Assembly (NCBI GenBank): GCA_963745835.1
Contig: CAVUZH010000022.1
Location: 192,001-256,000, forward strand
Length of the DNA stretch: 64,000 nucleotides
Origin: an uncultured delta proteobacterium
Lineage (GTDB): Bacteria > Desulfobacterota > Binatia > UBA9968
Direction of reading: 5' to 3'
In this document: piece by piece, positions 41,778 through 53,273 of the stretch
Position numbering within the stretch: the first letter of the stretch is position 1
How the letters are laid out: each line of letters starts with the position of its first letter
The notes under the pieces: model-generated
The model's database searches: none
What the model was told of the DNA's origin: nothing
What the model saw: the letters and a program-made list of their open reading frames with translations, nothing else
Translations under genes and position numbers: made by a program

Positions 41778-42821
41778 GTGATCGAAATATTTGGATCCGT
41801 TCTTCGCCTCTCAATCGACAATCTGAAATTTAAAATCGAAAATCTAAAATGGCTGTTTTCGGAATTGCTTTTATGATCGTGGCGTATGTGGGCCTAGCTC
41901 AGGCGCAGCAGCCAGCGAAAGTCCCGCCGGATAGGATACCTATCTAATACCTCCCCTTCCGTTGCTGCAGCTCCGCGTCGAGGCTTTCCGTCAGGGTCTG
42001 CGCGAGCTTGGATACGTAGAGGGGAAAAACATTGTCATTGAGTGTCGATACTGCGGAGGGAAAACTCGATCGCCTGCCCGCGCTCGTGGCTGAGCTGGTG
42101 CGTCTCAAGGTAGACGTCATCGTCACCGGTGGTCCGACAGCAACCCGTGCTGCCAAGGAAGCGACGACAACGATTCCCATTGTCATGGCGCAGGATGGCG
42201 ATCCTGTTGCAGCGGATTCGTCGCCAGCCTGGCGCGGCCTGGCGGGAACATTACTGGGCTGTCAACTCTTGCCCCGGAGATAAGCGGAAAACGACTGGAG
42301 CTTTTGAAGGAGATCGTTCCCAGGCTCTCCCGCGTGGCCGTCCTCGGGACTTCGACCGATCCGGGCAACGCACAAATTTTAAAAGAGATGAACTGGCCGC
42401 AGGCGCGTTGCGAGTGCAGCTTCAATACCTGGACGTGCTAAGTTCCAAGGATATTGAGACTGCCTTCCGAGCCGCAAGCAAGGCGCGTGCTGACGCAGTC
42501 CTCGTGCTGGCGGGTCCTGTGCTCAATTCTCAGCGAACACAGGTTGTAGAGCTCGCGGTAAAGAGCCGGCTTCCGGCGATATACAGCTAGCCAGAATTTG
42601 TGGAAGCTGGCGGGCTTATGACCTACGGCGTGAACATGAGCGACTTGGCGCGGCGCGCCGCCACCTATGTGGATAAGATTCTGAAAGGCGCCAAGCCCGC
42701 CGATCTTCCGGTGGAGCAGCCGACGAAGTTCGAGCTAGTGATCAATCTCAAAGCAGCCAAGCAGATCGGCTTGACGATTCCGCCGAATGTGCTGGCGCGG
42801 GCGGATAGGGTGATCAAGTGA
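41778..42821 (+). pseudogene. ABC_sub_bind protein, copy 4, frameshifted with in-frame TAG at 42588
   Basis: Family blocks in ORFs 42032, 42129, 42600. Confidence 0.8.
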
Positions 42822-42872
42822 CAGAGGTCAGAGAGTCAGAGGTCAGAGATCGAGAAAGCACGACGTATAGCA

Positions 42873-43863
42873 ATGACCAAGAAAATCGATTACTCCTAGG
42901 TCTATGCTCCCTGTTCTCTTGCTCCATGCACGGCAGCCGACGCACAGCAGACAGGCAAAGTCTTCCGCATAGGTTTCCTGGATCGAAGCAATGCTTCGGG
43001 CAGCGCGCTCGTCATCGATGCGTTCCGGCAAGAGATAAGCAAGCTTGGCTGGATTGAGGGAAAGAATGTCACCATCGAGTACCGGTTTGCCGAAGGAAAA
43101 ACTGACCGGCTACCTGAACTTGCGGCGGAGCTGGTTCGCTTGAAGGTGGATCTAATTGTGGTCTCAGGGAGGGCCCGGGATTGGCGGCTAAGAAAGCTAC
43201 CACTAACATTCCAATTGTGATGATGAGCTTTCCGGACCCGTAGCTGCGGGTATGGTTGCCAGTCTGGCGCGGCCGGGAGGCAATGTCACCGGGCTCTCAA
43301 GTTTAAGTCCCGAGCTAAACACTAAAAGATTAGAGATACTTAGGGATGCAGTCCCCAAGCTTTCCCGAGTTGGACTTCTGCGGCAAGTGGGAAGCCCCGA
43401 ATCAGCAGACCTCCCATTGAAAGAGCTCAGGGCTGCGGTTCCGATACTGAACCTGAAATTAGAGGAGATCGAAACTGAACCTAATGCCAAAGGATTAGAT
43501 AGCGCCTTTCAAACCGCAAAGCAGAAGCAAGTCAATGCGATTATGCAGGGCGGTGGTCGAGGCTTTTTCGGCGAAAGAAAGCGAATCGTCGAGTTTGCCG
43601 GCAAATACCGGTTCCCGGCTATTTACAATCAGAAGGAGTTTGTCGATGCGGGCGGTCTCATGTCCTATGGGGAGGACTACAATCACCTCTACCGAATCGC
43701 GGCCGTTTACGTCGACAAGATCTTGAAAGGTGCCAAACCCGCTGATTTGCCGGTGCAGCAGGCAACGAAGTTCGAATTCATCATAAATCTCAAGGCAGCA
43801 AAACAGATTGGTCTGACGATTCCGAACCGTGTGCTGGAGCGGGCGAATCAAGTGATTCAATAA
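42873..43863 (+). pseudogene. ABC_sub_bind protein, copy 5, frameshifted 5' part
   Basis: Intact 43252-43863 half plus shifted N-terminal blocks. Confidence 0.8.
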
Positions 43864-43892
43864 GCGCGAGGTGGTGAGGCTTAAGGCGTGAG

Positions 43893-44889
43893 ATGAGAAA
43901 AGTGAATCGGGAAATCTTGACGGTAACGCTTCTCGCCATATTCTTTGGGCTTTCCTTACCCGCCTCTGCGCAGCCAAAAAAAGTTCCGCGGATTGGTTAT
44001 CTATCATCGATTGATTCAACTAGTGAGTCCACCCGTTCCGAGACGATTCGGGGGGCGCTCAATGAGCTTGGCTATGTCGAAGGACAGAACATCGCGATCG
44101 AGTACCGATATTCGGAGGGGAATACCGATCGGGCTTCCGAGCTTGCGGCCGAGCTAGTGCGTCTCAAGACCGATATCATCATCGTAGCGGGAGGAATCAT
44201 ATGGATCAGGGCCGCCAAGAATGCCACCAACACGATTCCTATCGTCATGGTGGGCGCTGGAAACGACCCTGTCGAGGCAGGCTTAATTGAAAGCCTCGCC
44301 CGTCCAGGTGGCAACATTACCGGCCTGACAAATCTTTCCGGCAGATTAGGCGGCAAGCGGCTTGAGCTGCTAAAAGAAGCCGTTCCCAAAGTTGCCCGTG
44401 TCGCGATTCTCTATGATCCAGCCACCCCAGCCAATAGAGGCGAGTTGAAAGAAGTTCAGACCGTTGCGCCGGCGCTCAAGTTGACTGTTCAGCCTTGGGA
44501 GCTAGGAGACGTGGACGGCTTTGACAAGGTATTCGCTGGACTAAACAAGGAGCGCCCCGATGGACTCCACGTGCTTGGGAGCCCGTTACTTAACAATAAC
44601 CAAAAACGAATCGCGGACTTTGCGTTGAAGAACCGATTACCCTCGATGTACCAGAACAGAGAAGCTGTAGATGCCGGCGGGCTCATGTCGTACAGCGCGG
44701 ACCTTGCGGACAGCAACCGGCGCGTCGCCACCTACGTGGACAGAATCCTGAAGGGATGCCAAGCCCGCCGATTTACCCGTCGAACAGCCGACAAAGTTCG
44801 AGCTGGTGATCAATTTAAAAACGGCAAATCAGATCAGCGTCACCATTCCCCAGAAAGTCCTGGCGCGAGCGGACAGGGTGATCAAGTAA
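43893..44889 (+). CDS. ABC_sub_bind protein, copy 6 (frameshift near 44755)
   Basis: Conserved tail [21 protein letters not shown]...[10 protein letters not shown] continues in another frame to 44889. Confidence 0.85.
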
Positions 44890-44919
44890 AACAGTGACCA
44901 GCAGTAAGAGCAGAAAAAA

Positions 44920-45900
44920 TTGATGAATAGAAAAATCGTTTGCCTTGCACAATTTGCTTTGCTCTTTGCGCTGTGCTCGGCAGAGGCGCAGCAGCAGGCA
45001 AGAGTTCCTAAGATTGGGCTTCTCAGAGCCCGTCTCGCCGCTTCAGGCACCTCGCTTGACGGATTGCTGCGAGAGCTTCGCGTATTAGGTTACATAGGAG
45101 GCAAGAACGTAATTATCGAGTCCCGATCAGCCGAGGGTAAGCTTGACTAGCTCCGCGCCCTAGCCGATGAGCTGGTCCGTCTCAGAGTAGACGTTCTTGT
45201 GACAGCCTCTTCAGTGGAAGCCGTGGCCGCCAAGAACGCTACCACGATCATTCCCATCGTCTGTTTAAACCTGGGTGATGCTGTTGGATATCGGCTAGTT
45301 GATAGCCTAGCGCGTCCCGGCGGGAACATCACGGGATTCACTGGCATTTCGGGGGAATTATCGGGCAAACGGCTGGAGTTGCTGAAGGAGACCGTGCCCA
45401 AACTCTTCCGTGTTGCGGTGCTGTGGAACCCGCTAAACCTAGGCTCTACTCAAGAATGGAAAGAAGGCCAATTGCTGGCTCGAGACCTGAGTTTGCAGCT
45501 GAGTTCAATGGAAGTAAGCAGCGCAGACAAATTCGAGGCGAGTTTCAAAGAAGCGACGAAGGCCGGTAGTGGCGCTATCGTCGTGACGCGGAGCACGCTC
45601 AACAATTCTTATCAAAAATTGATTGCGGACCTCGCGAGGAAAAATCGACTCCCAACGACAACGAGTCGTAATGATTTTATCGAGAGCGGCGGTTTGATGT
45701 CCTACGGCGCCGACCAAGCCGAGCCCTACAGGCGCACCGCAGCGATGGTCGACAAAATCCTGAAAGGCGCGAAGCCTGCAGATCTGCCTGTCGAGCAGCC
45801 AACGAAATTTGAGCTTGTGATCAATCTGAAGACGGCGAAGCAGATTGGACTGACGATTCCGCCAAGCGTGCTGGCCCGAGCGAACAAAGTGATTCAATGA
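44920..45900 (+). pseudogene. ABC_sub_bind protein, copy 7, single in-frame TAG at 45148
   Basis: EGKLD*LRALADELV; both parts are in the same frame. Confidence 0.82.
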
Positions 45901-45948
45901 CAGTGAAATAAGAATGATCTTTGACAGCACAACGCAGGTGAAATTCGT

Positions 45949-46929
45949 ATGAAGAAAATTCTTTCTTTCGCTCTAAGCACGATGCTCATCGGTGTTAGTC
46001 TTCCTGCCTATGCGCAGCAGCAGGAGAAACTTTATCGTATAGGATTTTTGTCAGGAGGTTTTTCCGGGCCTTCGTCTAATGTAGAAGCATTTCGACAAGG
46101 GCTCCGCGATCTGAATTACGTTGAGGGTAACAACATTGTCATCGACTATCGATATGCCGAAGGGCAGACCGGCAGTCGATATCCTGCGCTTCTTGCAGAC
46201 CTCATCCGACTCAGAGCCGACATCATCGTTGCCGATGGCAGCGGCCCGGCTCGGGCTGCCAAAAAAGCAACAAGCACGATTCCCGTTGTTATGACGACTA
46301 GCACCGATCCTGTTGGGCAGGGCCTCGTTGACAGTCTTGCGCGACCCGGCGGAAACGTTACGGGCCTAACAAGCGTGAGCGAGGAGTTGGGCGGAAAACT
46401 TCTGGAGTTGACTAAGGAGATTGTCCCGAAGCTGACTCGCGTCGCGATCGTATTCCCAGACGGTCTAGCGGGTCAACTCTTCGTTAAACAGACAGAGGGA
46501 CCAGCACGCACGCTGGGAATACGCCTAATACCCTTAACTGTTCGCCAACCTGACGATTACGAGAACGTTTTTCGAGCCGCGGCGAAGGAACGCGTTGAGG
46601 CGATTATCAGCCGGCTCGGTCCCTCTCCTTTGTCTGCTCACCGCGGACAGTTTATGGCATTAGCCACGAAGAGGCGTCTACCAGTGGTTTCTCAAGGAAC
46701 GGACGATGCAGAGGCCGGCGCTCTTTTATCCTACGGACGGGATGTCTTTGCCCAGTACCGTCGCGTCGCCATATTTGTGGACAAGATTTTGAAAGGCGCA
46801 AAGCCCGCTGAGTTGCCTGTTGAAGCTCCGACGAAGTTCGAGCTGGTTATCAATTTGAAAGCGGCCAAGCAGATCGGCCTGATTATTCCACCCCACGTGC
46901 TGGCGCGCGCTGATAAGGTAATCAAGTGA
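45949..46929 (+). CDS. ABC_sub_bind protein, copy 8
   Basis: Intact 326 aa, family blocks. Confidence 0.9.
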   Translation: MKKILSFALSTMLIGVSLPAYAQQQEKLYRIGFLSGGFSGPSSNVEAFRQGLRDLNYVEGNNIVIDYRYAEGQTGSRYPALLADLIRLRADIIVADGSGPARAAKKATSTIPVVMTTSTDPVGQGLVDSLARPGGNVTGLTSVSEELGGKLLELTKEIVPKLTRVAIVFPDGLAGQLFVKQTEGPARTLGIRLIPLTVRQPDDYENVFRAAAKERVEAIISRLGPSPLSAHRGQFMALATKRRLPVVSQGTDDAEAGALLSYGRDVFAQYRRVAIFVDKILKGAKPAELPVEAPTKFELVINLKAAKQIGLIIPPHVLARADKVIK

Positions 46930-47921
46930 GAAGGCCATCAGGCATGAGGGCTGTTCTTCTGCTGGTCAGCTTTATCTTCCCGAGTATCCATTTTGCCCAA
47001 GCCCAGCAGCCCGCGAAAGTCCCCCGAATAGGATTCCTAACCGGCGCCGCCCTTTCCACTCAGCTGGCTCGTGTGGAAGCATTCCGGGAGGGTCTACGCG
47101 AGCTTGGGTATGTGGAGGACAAAAACATTGTCATTGACTGGCGATCGTATGAGGGAGAACGCGATCGTCAGGGAGCGCTCCTGAGGGAGCTGGTGGATCT
47201 CAAAGTAGACGTCATCGTTGCCGTCGGTGTAGGCGATATACGCGCCGCCAAGGAGGCAACGACCACAATTCCTATTGTGATGTTAGTCGGTGGTGATCCT
47301 GTTGCAAGCGGGTTAGTTTCCAGCCTTGCGCGACCAGGTGGAAATATAACCGGATTGGCAACCCTTCGCCCGGAGTTAACCGGCAAACGACTCGAGCTTA
47401 TGAAAGAAATCGTGCCTAAGCTCTCGCGTGTTGCAATCTTTGCCAGTTCAGAGAGCCAGGACTACTCCCATGTTCTAAAAGAACTCGATCTCAGCGCAGA
47501 GGCGTTCGCCGTAAAGCTTCAAGTTGTTAATGTCCGCAGTGCCAAAGATATCGAGCCAGCATTCCGAAACGCAGTCAAAGGGCGAGCTGACGGCATCATT
47601 TTCCGAGTGCCGGGACCGCAGGCCAGTTTTCAGCGACCGCAGATTGCAGCACTCGCCGTTAAAAGTGGATTGCCAGTGATATACGAAGGCGCAGAATTTG
47701 TCGAAGCCGGGGGACTCATGAGCTACGGCGTGAGCATTAACGACCTAGCTCGTCGGGCAGCCACGTACGTTGACAAGATTCTCAAGGGCGCCAAGCCCGC
47801 CGATCTCCCGATCCAGCAGCCAACAAAGTTCGAGCTGGTGATCAATCTTAAGACGGCCAAGCAGATCGGATTGACGATCCCGCCGAACGTGCTGGCACGA
47901 GCGGACAAGGTAATCAAATGA
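46926..47921 (+). CDS. ABC_sub_bind protein, copy 9
   Basis: Intact; GTGA overlap with copy 8. Confidence 0.9.
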   Translation: MRRPSGMRAVLLLVSFIFPSIHFAQAQQPAKVPRIGFLTGAALSTQLARVEAFREGLRELGYVEDKNIVIDWRSYEGERDRQGALLRELVDLKVDVIVAVGVGDIRAAKEATTTIPIVMLVGGDPVASGLVSSLARPGGNITGLATLRPELTGKRLELMKEIVPKLSRVAIFASSESQDYSHVLKELDLSAEAFAVKLQVVNVRSAKDIEPAFRNAVKGRADGIIFRVPGPQASFQRPQIAALAVKSGLPVIYEGAEFVEAGGLMSYGVSINDLARRAATYVDKILKGAKPADLPIQQPTKFELVINLKTAKQIGLTIPPNVLARADKVIK

Positions 47922-48988
47922 TTTCGAATTTCGGAATGAGGACACGAACGATAAAAGGAATTTTGACCGGGTCGCGCTCCCGCATCAATCTAAAATCCGC
48001 ATTCCGCAATCGTAAATGCGCGATCATACTATGCTCCCTGCTTGGTGCTCCGTGCTCTGCAGCCGATGCACAGCAGCAGGCAAAGCTACCTAAGATCGGC
48101 TGGCTCGGAGCGGGTCCTGCTTCGGTGCCAGGCGGCGCAAGCGAGTTATTCCTGCAACAGCTGCGTGGACTCGGCTATGTCGACGGCAAGAATGTAGCTA
48201 TCGAGTATCGGTACGCTACTAACAAGCTTGACCGGCTCCCCGACCTGGCGGATGAACTGGTTCGTGTGAAAGTCGATCTACTCGTCGCAGGCGGGGCGAA
48301 CGCCGCCCTAGCCGCCAAAAACGCAACCAAAACGATCCCTATTGTTTTCTATAATGTGGCTTCTGATCCCGTTACGCTGGGGCTGGTTGGCGGTCTGGCA
48401 CGACCGGGAGCAAACATCACCGGGTTCACTACTATCTCTGGAGTGTTGGTCGGTAAACGGTTGGAGATACTCACGCAAACGGTTCCCAACCTCGACCGCG
48501 TTGCAGTCCTGTGGGATGCACAGAATTCAGGTTCTGCGCAACAATGGAAAGAAAGCCAACTCGCTGCGCGGGAATTAGGTCTGCGGCTTCATTCTATGAA
48601 AATCAGCAGCGCCGATAAACTCGAGAGCGCGTTCCAAGCGGCGGCGAGTGCAAGCAGCGATGCGCTCACGGTCACGCAAACTCCATTGATCACTTCACGA
48701 CGAAAACACGTCGTGGACCTGGCGGCAAAAAGTCGACTGCCGGCAATGTATCATCAGGGCGATTTTGTGGAGAGCGGTGGTTTGATGTCATATGGGACTG
48801 ATCAGACAGAACCGTACAGACGTGCCGCGTTGATGGTCGACAAAATCCTCAAAGGCGCCAAGCCCGCTGATCTCCCGGTGGAGCAACCCACGAAGTTCGA
48901 GCTGATCATCAATCTGAAAACCGCGAAGCAAATCGGCGTGACCATTCCGCCGAATGTGCTGGCGCGAGCGGACCGGGTAATTAAATGA
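47918..48988 (+). CDS. ABC_sub_bind protein, copy 10
   Basis: Intact; ATGA overlap with copy 9. Confidence 0.9.
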   Translation: MISNFGMRTRTIKGILTGSRSRINLKSAFRNRKCAIILCSLLGAPCSAADAQQQAKLPKIGWLGAGPASVPGGASELFLQQLRGLGYVDGKNVAIEYRYATNKLDRLPDLADELVRVKVDLLVAGGANAALAAKNATKTIPIVFYNVASDPVTLGLVGGLARPGANITGFTTISGVLVGKRLEILTQTVPNLDRVAVLWDAQNSGSAQQWKESQLAARELGLRLHSMKISSADKLESAFQAAASASSDALTVTQTPLITSRRKHVVDLAAKSRLPAMYHQGDFVESGGLMSYGTDQTEPYRRAALMVDKILKGAKPADLPVEQPTKFELIINLKTAKQIGVTIPPNVLARADRVIK

Positions 48989-49033
48989 ATTTTGGATTTT
49001 CGAGTTGCGGATTTCCGATTGAGGACGAAGACA

Positions 49034-50080
49034 ATGAGAACATCATTGGGTGCGATGGCTTAAATTTTTCTCCCGACAATCCAAAAATCCAAAATCGAAA
49101 ATCTACAATGGCTGGGGCTTTCTGTCATCGCTTTCGTGCTTGCACTGTGTGGGGCTGTGGCTCATGCCCAGCAGCCGCTAAAGATACCGAAGATTGGTTT
49201 TCTTGGATCCGGTCCCAGTTCCCGACCGTGGCACGAATCGTTCAAGCGAGAGTTCCGGAAACTTGGTTATGTCGACGGCAAGAACGTAACCTTTATCAAT
49301 CGATTCGCCGATACCAAGTACGACCGGCTCCCCGTCCTGGCTGATGAGCTGGTGCGTCTCAAGGTCGACGTGATCATCACGCCCGGGTCCAATGACACCG
49401 GCGCCGCCAAGAACGCCACGAAAACAATCCCCATCGTTTTTCTCGGGGCAGGCTCCGATCCTGTTGTGCTTGGGCTGGTTGACAGCCTAGCGCGACCTGG
49501 AGGCAACCTTACAGGGGTCAGCAGTATAGCCTCTGAGTTGGCTGGCAAAAGACTGGAGTTGCTCAAGGAAACCGTTCCCAAGGTTAATCGGGTCGCGGTG
49601 CTGTGGAATCCGCAGAATGCGGGCTCTACGCAAGTATGGAAAGAAAGCCAACCCGCGGCAAAGGAGCTGGATCTGCAACTTCATTCCATCGCGGTAAACA
49701 GCGCCGATCAATTAGATAGCGAGTTCAAAGGGGCAGTTAAAGCGCGTAGCGGCGCTCTCGTCGTGACCGCAGGTGCGTTGCTCACTACTAATCAAGTACA
49801 AATCATCAACCTTGCCACAAAATATCGGTTGCCGGCTATCGGCGCTGGAAGAGAATTCGTAGCCAACGGCGGGTTGATGTCCTACGGATCTGACGGTATC
49901 GAACGATACCAGCGCGCGGCGCTGATGGTCGAAAAGATTTTGAAAGGCGCTAAGCCCGCCGATCTTCCGGTGGAGCAGCCCACGAAGTTCGAGCTCGTGA
50001 TCAATTTAAAGACCGCCAAGACTCTTGGCCTGATGATTCCGCAAAACGTGTTGGCACGGACGGATAGGGTCATCAAATAA
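49034..50080 (+). CDS. ABC_sub_bind protein, copy 11 (5' leader frameshifted, start uncertain)
   Basis: Open 49136-50080; leader resembles DNxKSKIENL.W of copy 12 with an extra A. Confidence 0.85.
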
Positions 50081-50131
50081 TTTCGATTTCAGTTTGGCGA
50101 TTTTCGATTAGGAGAGACAAATGAGCAAAGC

Positions 50132-51172
50132 ATGCGGGTTCTGATTTTGGAATCCGACAATCTAAAATCCAAAATCGAAAATCCAAAATGGCTGGGGCTT
50201 TGGGTGTTCATTTTGGTGCTTGTGGTGAGTGGGGCTGTGGCCCAGGCGCAGCAGTCAAAGAAAATCCCTCGGATAGGGTATCTATCGACGCTCGATCAAG
50301 CTCGTGACTCCGGACGTTTCCAAGCAATTCGACTGGGTCTCCGCGAGCTTGGCTACATAGAAGGACAGAACATCACCATCGAGTATCGATATGCGGAGGG
50401 GAAGCAAGATCGGCTTCCAGAGCTCGTGAACGAGCTGGTGCGTCTCAAGGTTGATATCGTCGTGGTAGCAGGAGGAATCATGGGGATCAGGGCGGCCAAG
50501 AATGCGACCAAGACAATTCCTATCGTTATGGGAGGCAGTGGGATCGACCCTGTCGCGGGAGGCCTAGTTGAAAGCCTTGCCCGTCCCGGCGGCAACGTTA
50601 CCGGCATTACGAACCTTACCAGAGAACTAGGCGGTAAGCGGCTGGAGTTGCTCAAAGAAGCCGTTCCCACAGTTGTTCGTATCGCGGTTCTCCACGAGTC
50701 GGCCAATCCGGGCAGTTTACGCGAGCTGAAAGACGTTCTCCCGGTAGCGGCGCGGGCGCTGGGGTTGACGGTTCGGTCTTGGGAGATACAAGGCAGTGAC
50801 GGTTTCGAGAAGATATTCGCTGCGCTCAGTAAGGATCGCCCGGATGGACTCTACGTGACCACGAGCCCGCTAATGACGGCTAACCTGAAACGGACCGTCG
50901 GCTTTGCGTTAAAGAGCCGGTTACCATCCGTAGGCAGCAATATACAGTATGTAGAGGCCGGTGGGCTCATGTCGTACGACGCGGACCCCGCGGACAGCTA
51001 CCGGCGCGTGGCCTGGTACCTGGACAAAATCCTCAAGGGCGCCAAGCCCGCCGACCTCCCGGTCGAACAGCCGTCGAAGTTCGAGCTTGTCATGAATCTC
51101 AAGACGGCCAAGCAGATCGGTCTGGCAATCCCGCCGAATGTGCTGGCGCGGGCGGATAAGGTCATTAAATAG
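50132..51172 (+). CDS. ABC_sub_bind protein, copy 12
   Basis: Intact 346 aa. Confidence 0.9.
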   Translation: MRVLILESDNLKSKIENPKWLGLWVFILVLVVSGAVAQAQQSKKIPRIGYLSTLDQARDSGRFQAIRLGLRELGYIEGQNITIEYRYAEGKQDRLPELVNELVRLKVDIVVVAGGIMGIRAAKNATKTIPIVMGGSGIDPVAGGLVESLARPGGNVTGITNLTRELGGKRLELLKEAVPTVVRIAVLHESANPGSLRELKDVLPVAARALGLTVRSWEIQGSDGFEKIFAALSKDRPDGLYVTTSPLMTANLKRTVGFALKSRLPSVGSNIQYVEAGGLMSYDADPADSYRRVAWYLDKILKGAKPADLPVEQPSKFELVMNLKTAKQIGLAIPPNVLARADKVIK

Positions 51173-51217
51173 CTCGGAGCAAGGAGCAGGGAGCTACAAA
51201 GACATGTGTGGAAACTC

Positions 51218-52207
51218 ATGAGAGGAAACTTCTACGGTCTTGCGCTTTGCGCCATGCTCTTTGCGTTTGGCCCTGGCGCGGAAGCGCAGCAGCCAACGAA
51301 AGTCCCGCGGATAGGATATCTATTGCCGGGCAACCCCGCTAGTGAGTCCACTGTTTTCGAGGCAACTCGACTGGCTCTACGCGAGCTTGGCTACATAGAA
51401 GGACAGAACATTGCCACGGAGTACCGATATGCGGAGGGGAAGCGCGATCGATTTCCTGAGCTTGCGGCCGAGCTAGTGCGTCTCAAGGTTGATGTCCTCG
51501 TGGTGGCAGGAGGGAACACACCGGTCCGGGCGGTCAAGAATGCGACCAAAACGATTCCGATCGTTATGGCGGGCGGATCCGATCCCGTCGAGGCAGGGCT
51601 GGTCGAAAGCCTCGCCCGTCCCGGCGCCAACGTCACCGGCCTTACAAACCTTGCGAGAGAACTGGGGGGGAAGCGGTTGGAGCTGCTCAAAGAAGCCGTT
51701 CCCAAACTTGCCCGTGTCGCGGTTCTCTACGATGCGGTCAATCCTTCCCATGTACGCGAGGTGAAAGAGGTTCTCCCAATGACAGCGGGTGCGCTGAAGT
51801 TGACTATTCAGCCTTGGGAGGTGCCAGACGTAGACGGTTTCGAGCGAGCATTCGCTACGTTTAAAAAGGAGCGCCCCGACGGACTGTACGTGCTCTCAGG
51901 CACACGAGTGTGGGCTATCTATAAACGGATTGCGGGCTTCGCGTTAAAGAGTCGGTTACCATCGATATACAACAACACAGAAGCTGTAGATGCTGGCGGG
52001 CTCATGTTTTATGGGGCGGACGTCGTGGACAGCTACCGTCGGGTCGCTCTCTACGTTGATAGAATTCTCAAGGGCGCTAAGCCGGCCGACCTGCCCGTGG
52101 AGCAACCGACGAAGTTCGAGCTGATCATCAATCTGAAAACCGCGAAGCAAATCGGTTTGATAATTCCGCAGTCCGTGCTCGCGCGAGCGGACAAGGTCAT
52201 TAAATAG
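51218..52207 (+). CDS. ABC_sub_bind protein, copy 13
   Basis: Intact. Confidence 0.9.
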   Translation: MRGNFYGLALCAMLFAFGPGAEAQQPTKVPRIGYLLPGNPASESTVFEATRLALRELGYIEGQNIATEYRYAEGKRDRFPELAAELVRLKVDVLVVAGGNTPVRAVKNATKTIPIVMAGGSDPVEAGLVESLARPGANVTGLTNLARELGGKRLELLKEAVPKLARVAVLYDAVNPSHVREVKEVLPMTAGALKLTIQPWEVPDVDGFERAFATFKKERPDGLYVLSGTRVWAIYKRIAGFALKSRLPSIYNNTEAVDAGGLMFYGADVVDSYRRVALYVDRILKGAKPADLPVEQPTKFELIINLKTAKQIGLIIPQSVLARADKVIK

Positions 52208-52252
52208 CTCGGAGCAAGGAGCAGCGAGCTACAAAGACATGTGTGGAAACTC

Positions 52253-53230
52253 ATGAGAAGAATCTTCTACGGTCTTGCGCTTTGCGCCATGCTCTGTGCG
52301 CTTAGCTTTCCAGTTGAGGCGCAGCAGCCGAAGAAAGTGCCGCGGATCGGATTTGTCTCCGCTGGCAATCTAGATCGACCCGGAACTCGGGTCGAGGCAT
52401 TCCGTCAGGCGCTTAATGAGATTGGTTATACGGAGGGGAAAAACATTCTGGTTGAGTATCGCCACATTAGCGGCCGAACCGATCAAATCCCACGGCTCGT
52501 TACCGAACTTGTGCAACAGAAAGTTGATGTGCTTGTCGTTAGAGCCCAACCATCGATCCGCGCGGCCAAGCAGGCCACCAAGACGATCCCCATTGTTATG
52601 GTGACAACTCAGGATCCAGTGGCGGCCGGATTCATCAACAGCTTGGCTAAGCCCGGTGGAAATATTACGGGGGTAACCACGCTCCAGCGAGAGCTAAGTG
52701 GAAAACGGCTGGAATTGTTAAAGGAGGTGCTCCCGGGAATATCGCGTGTCGCTGCTCTTATGAATGCGACCTCTATCAATGACTTCAAAATGTATGAGGC
52801 GCCTGCGCGCCATCTAAAGATACAGCTTCAATCGGTCGGGGTGCGTGGCCCTAATCCGGATCTAGAGGACGCATTCCAAGCTGCAGGAAGAGCGCGCGCT
52901 GGCGCGATCATCACGATTAGCAATGCTGTGCTTAATCCCCAGGCGGAGAAGATTGCCGAGCTTGCCATAAAGAACCGGCTGCCTTCCGTAAGTGAGCAAA
53001 GCGATTACGTCGAAGCCGGTGGTCTGATGTCGTATTCAGCGGACGAAGCTGCGAGTTACAAACGCGCTGCCATCTATGTGGACAAGATCCTGAAGGGAGC
53101 CAAGCCAGCCGATCTACCCGTTGAGCAGGCGACCGAGTTTGAGTTGGTAATCAATCTGAATACGGCAAAGCAGATTGGTCTGACGATTCCGCCCAACGTG
53201 CTGGCACGGGCGGACCGGGTGATCAAATAG
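52253..53230 (+). CDS. ABC_sub_bind protein, copy 14
   Basis: Intact; leader nearly identical to copy 13. Confidence 0.9.
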   Translation: MRRIFYGLALCAMLCALSFPVEAQQPKKVPRIGFVSAGNLDRPGTRVEAFRQALNEIGYTEGKNILVEYRHISGRTDQIPRLVTELVQQKVDVLVVRAQPSIRAAKQATKTIPIVMVTTQDPVAAGFINSLAKPGGNITGVTTLQRELSGKRLELLKEVLPGISRVAALMNATSINDFKMYEAPARHLKIQLQSVGVRGPNPDLEDAFQAAGRARAGAIITISNAVLNPQAEKIAELAIKNRLPSVSEQSDYVEAGGLMSYSADEAASYKRAAIYVDKILKGAKPADLPVEQATEFELVINLNTAKQIGLTIPPNVLARADRVIK

Positions 53231-53273
53231 AAGGGAGCAAGGAGCAGGGAGCGGCAAGCACACGTGAAGAAAC

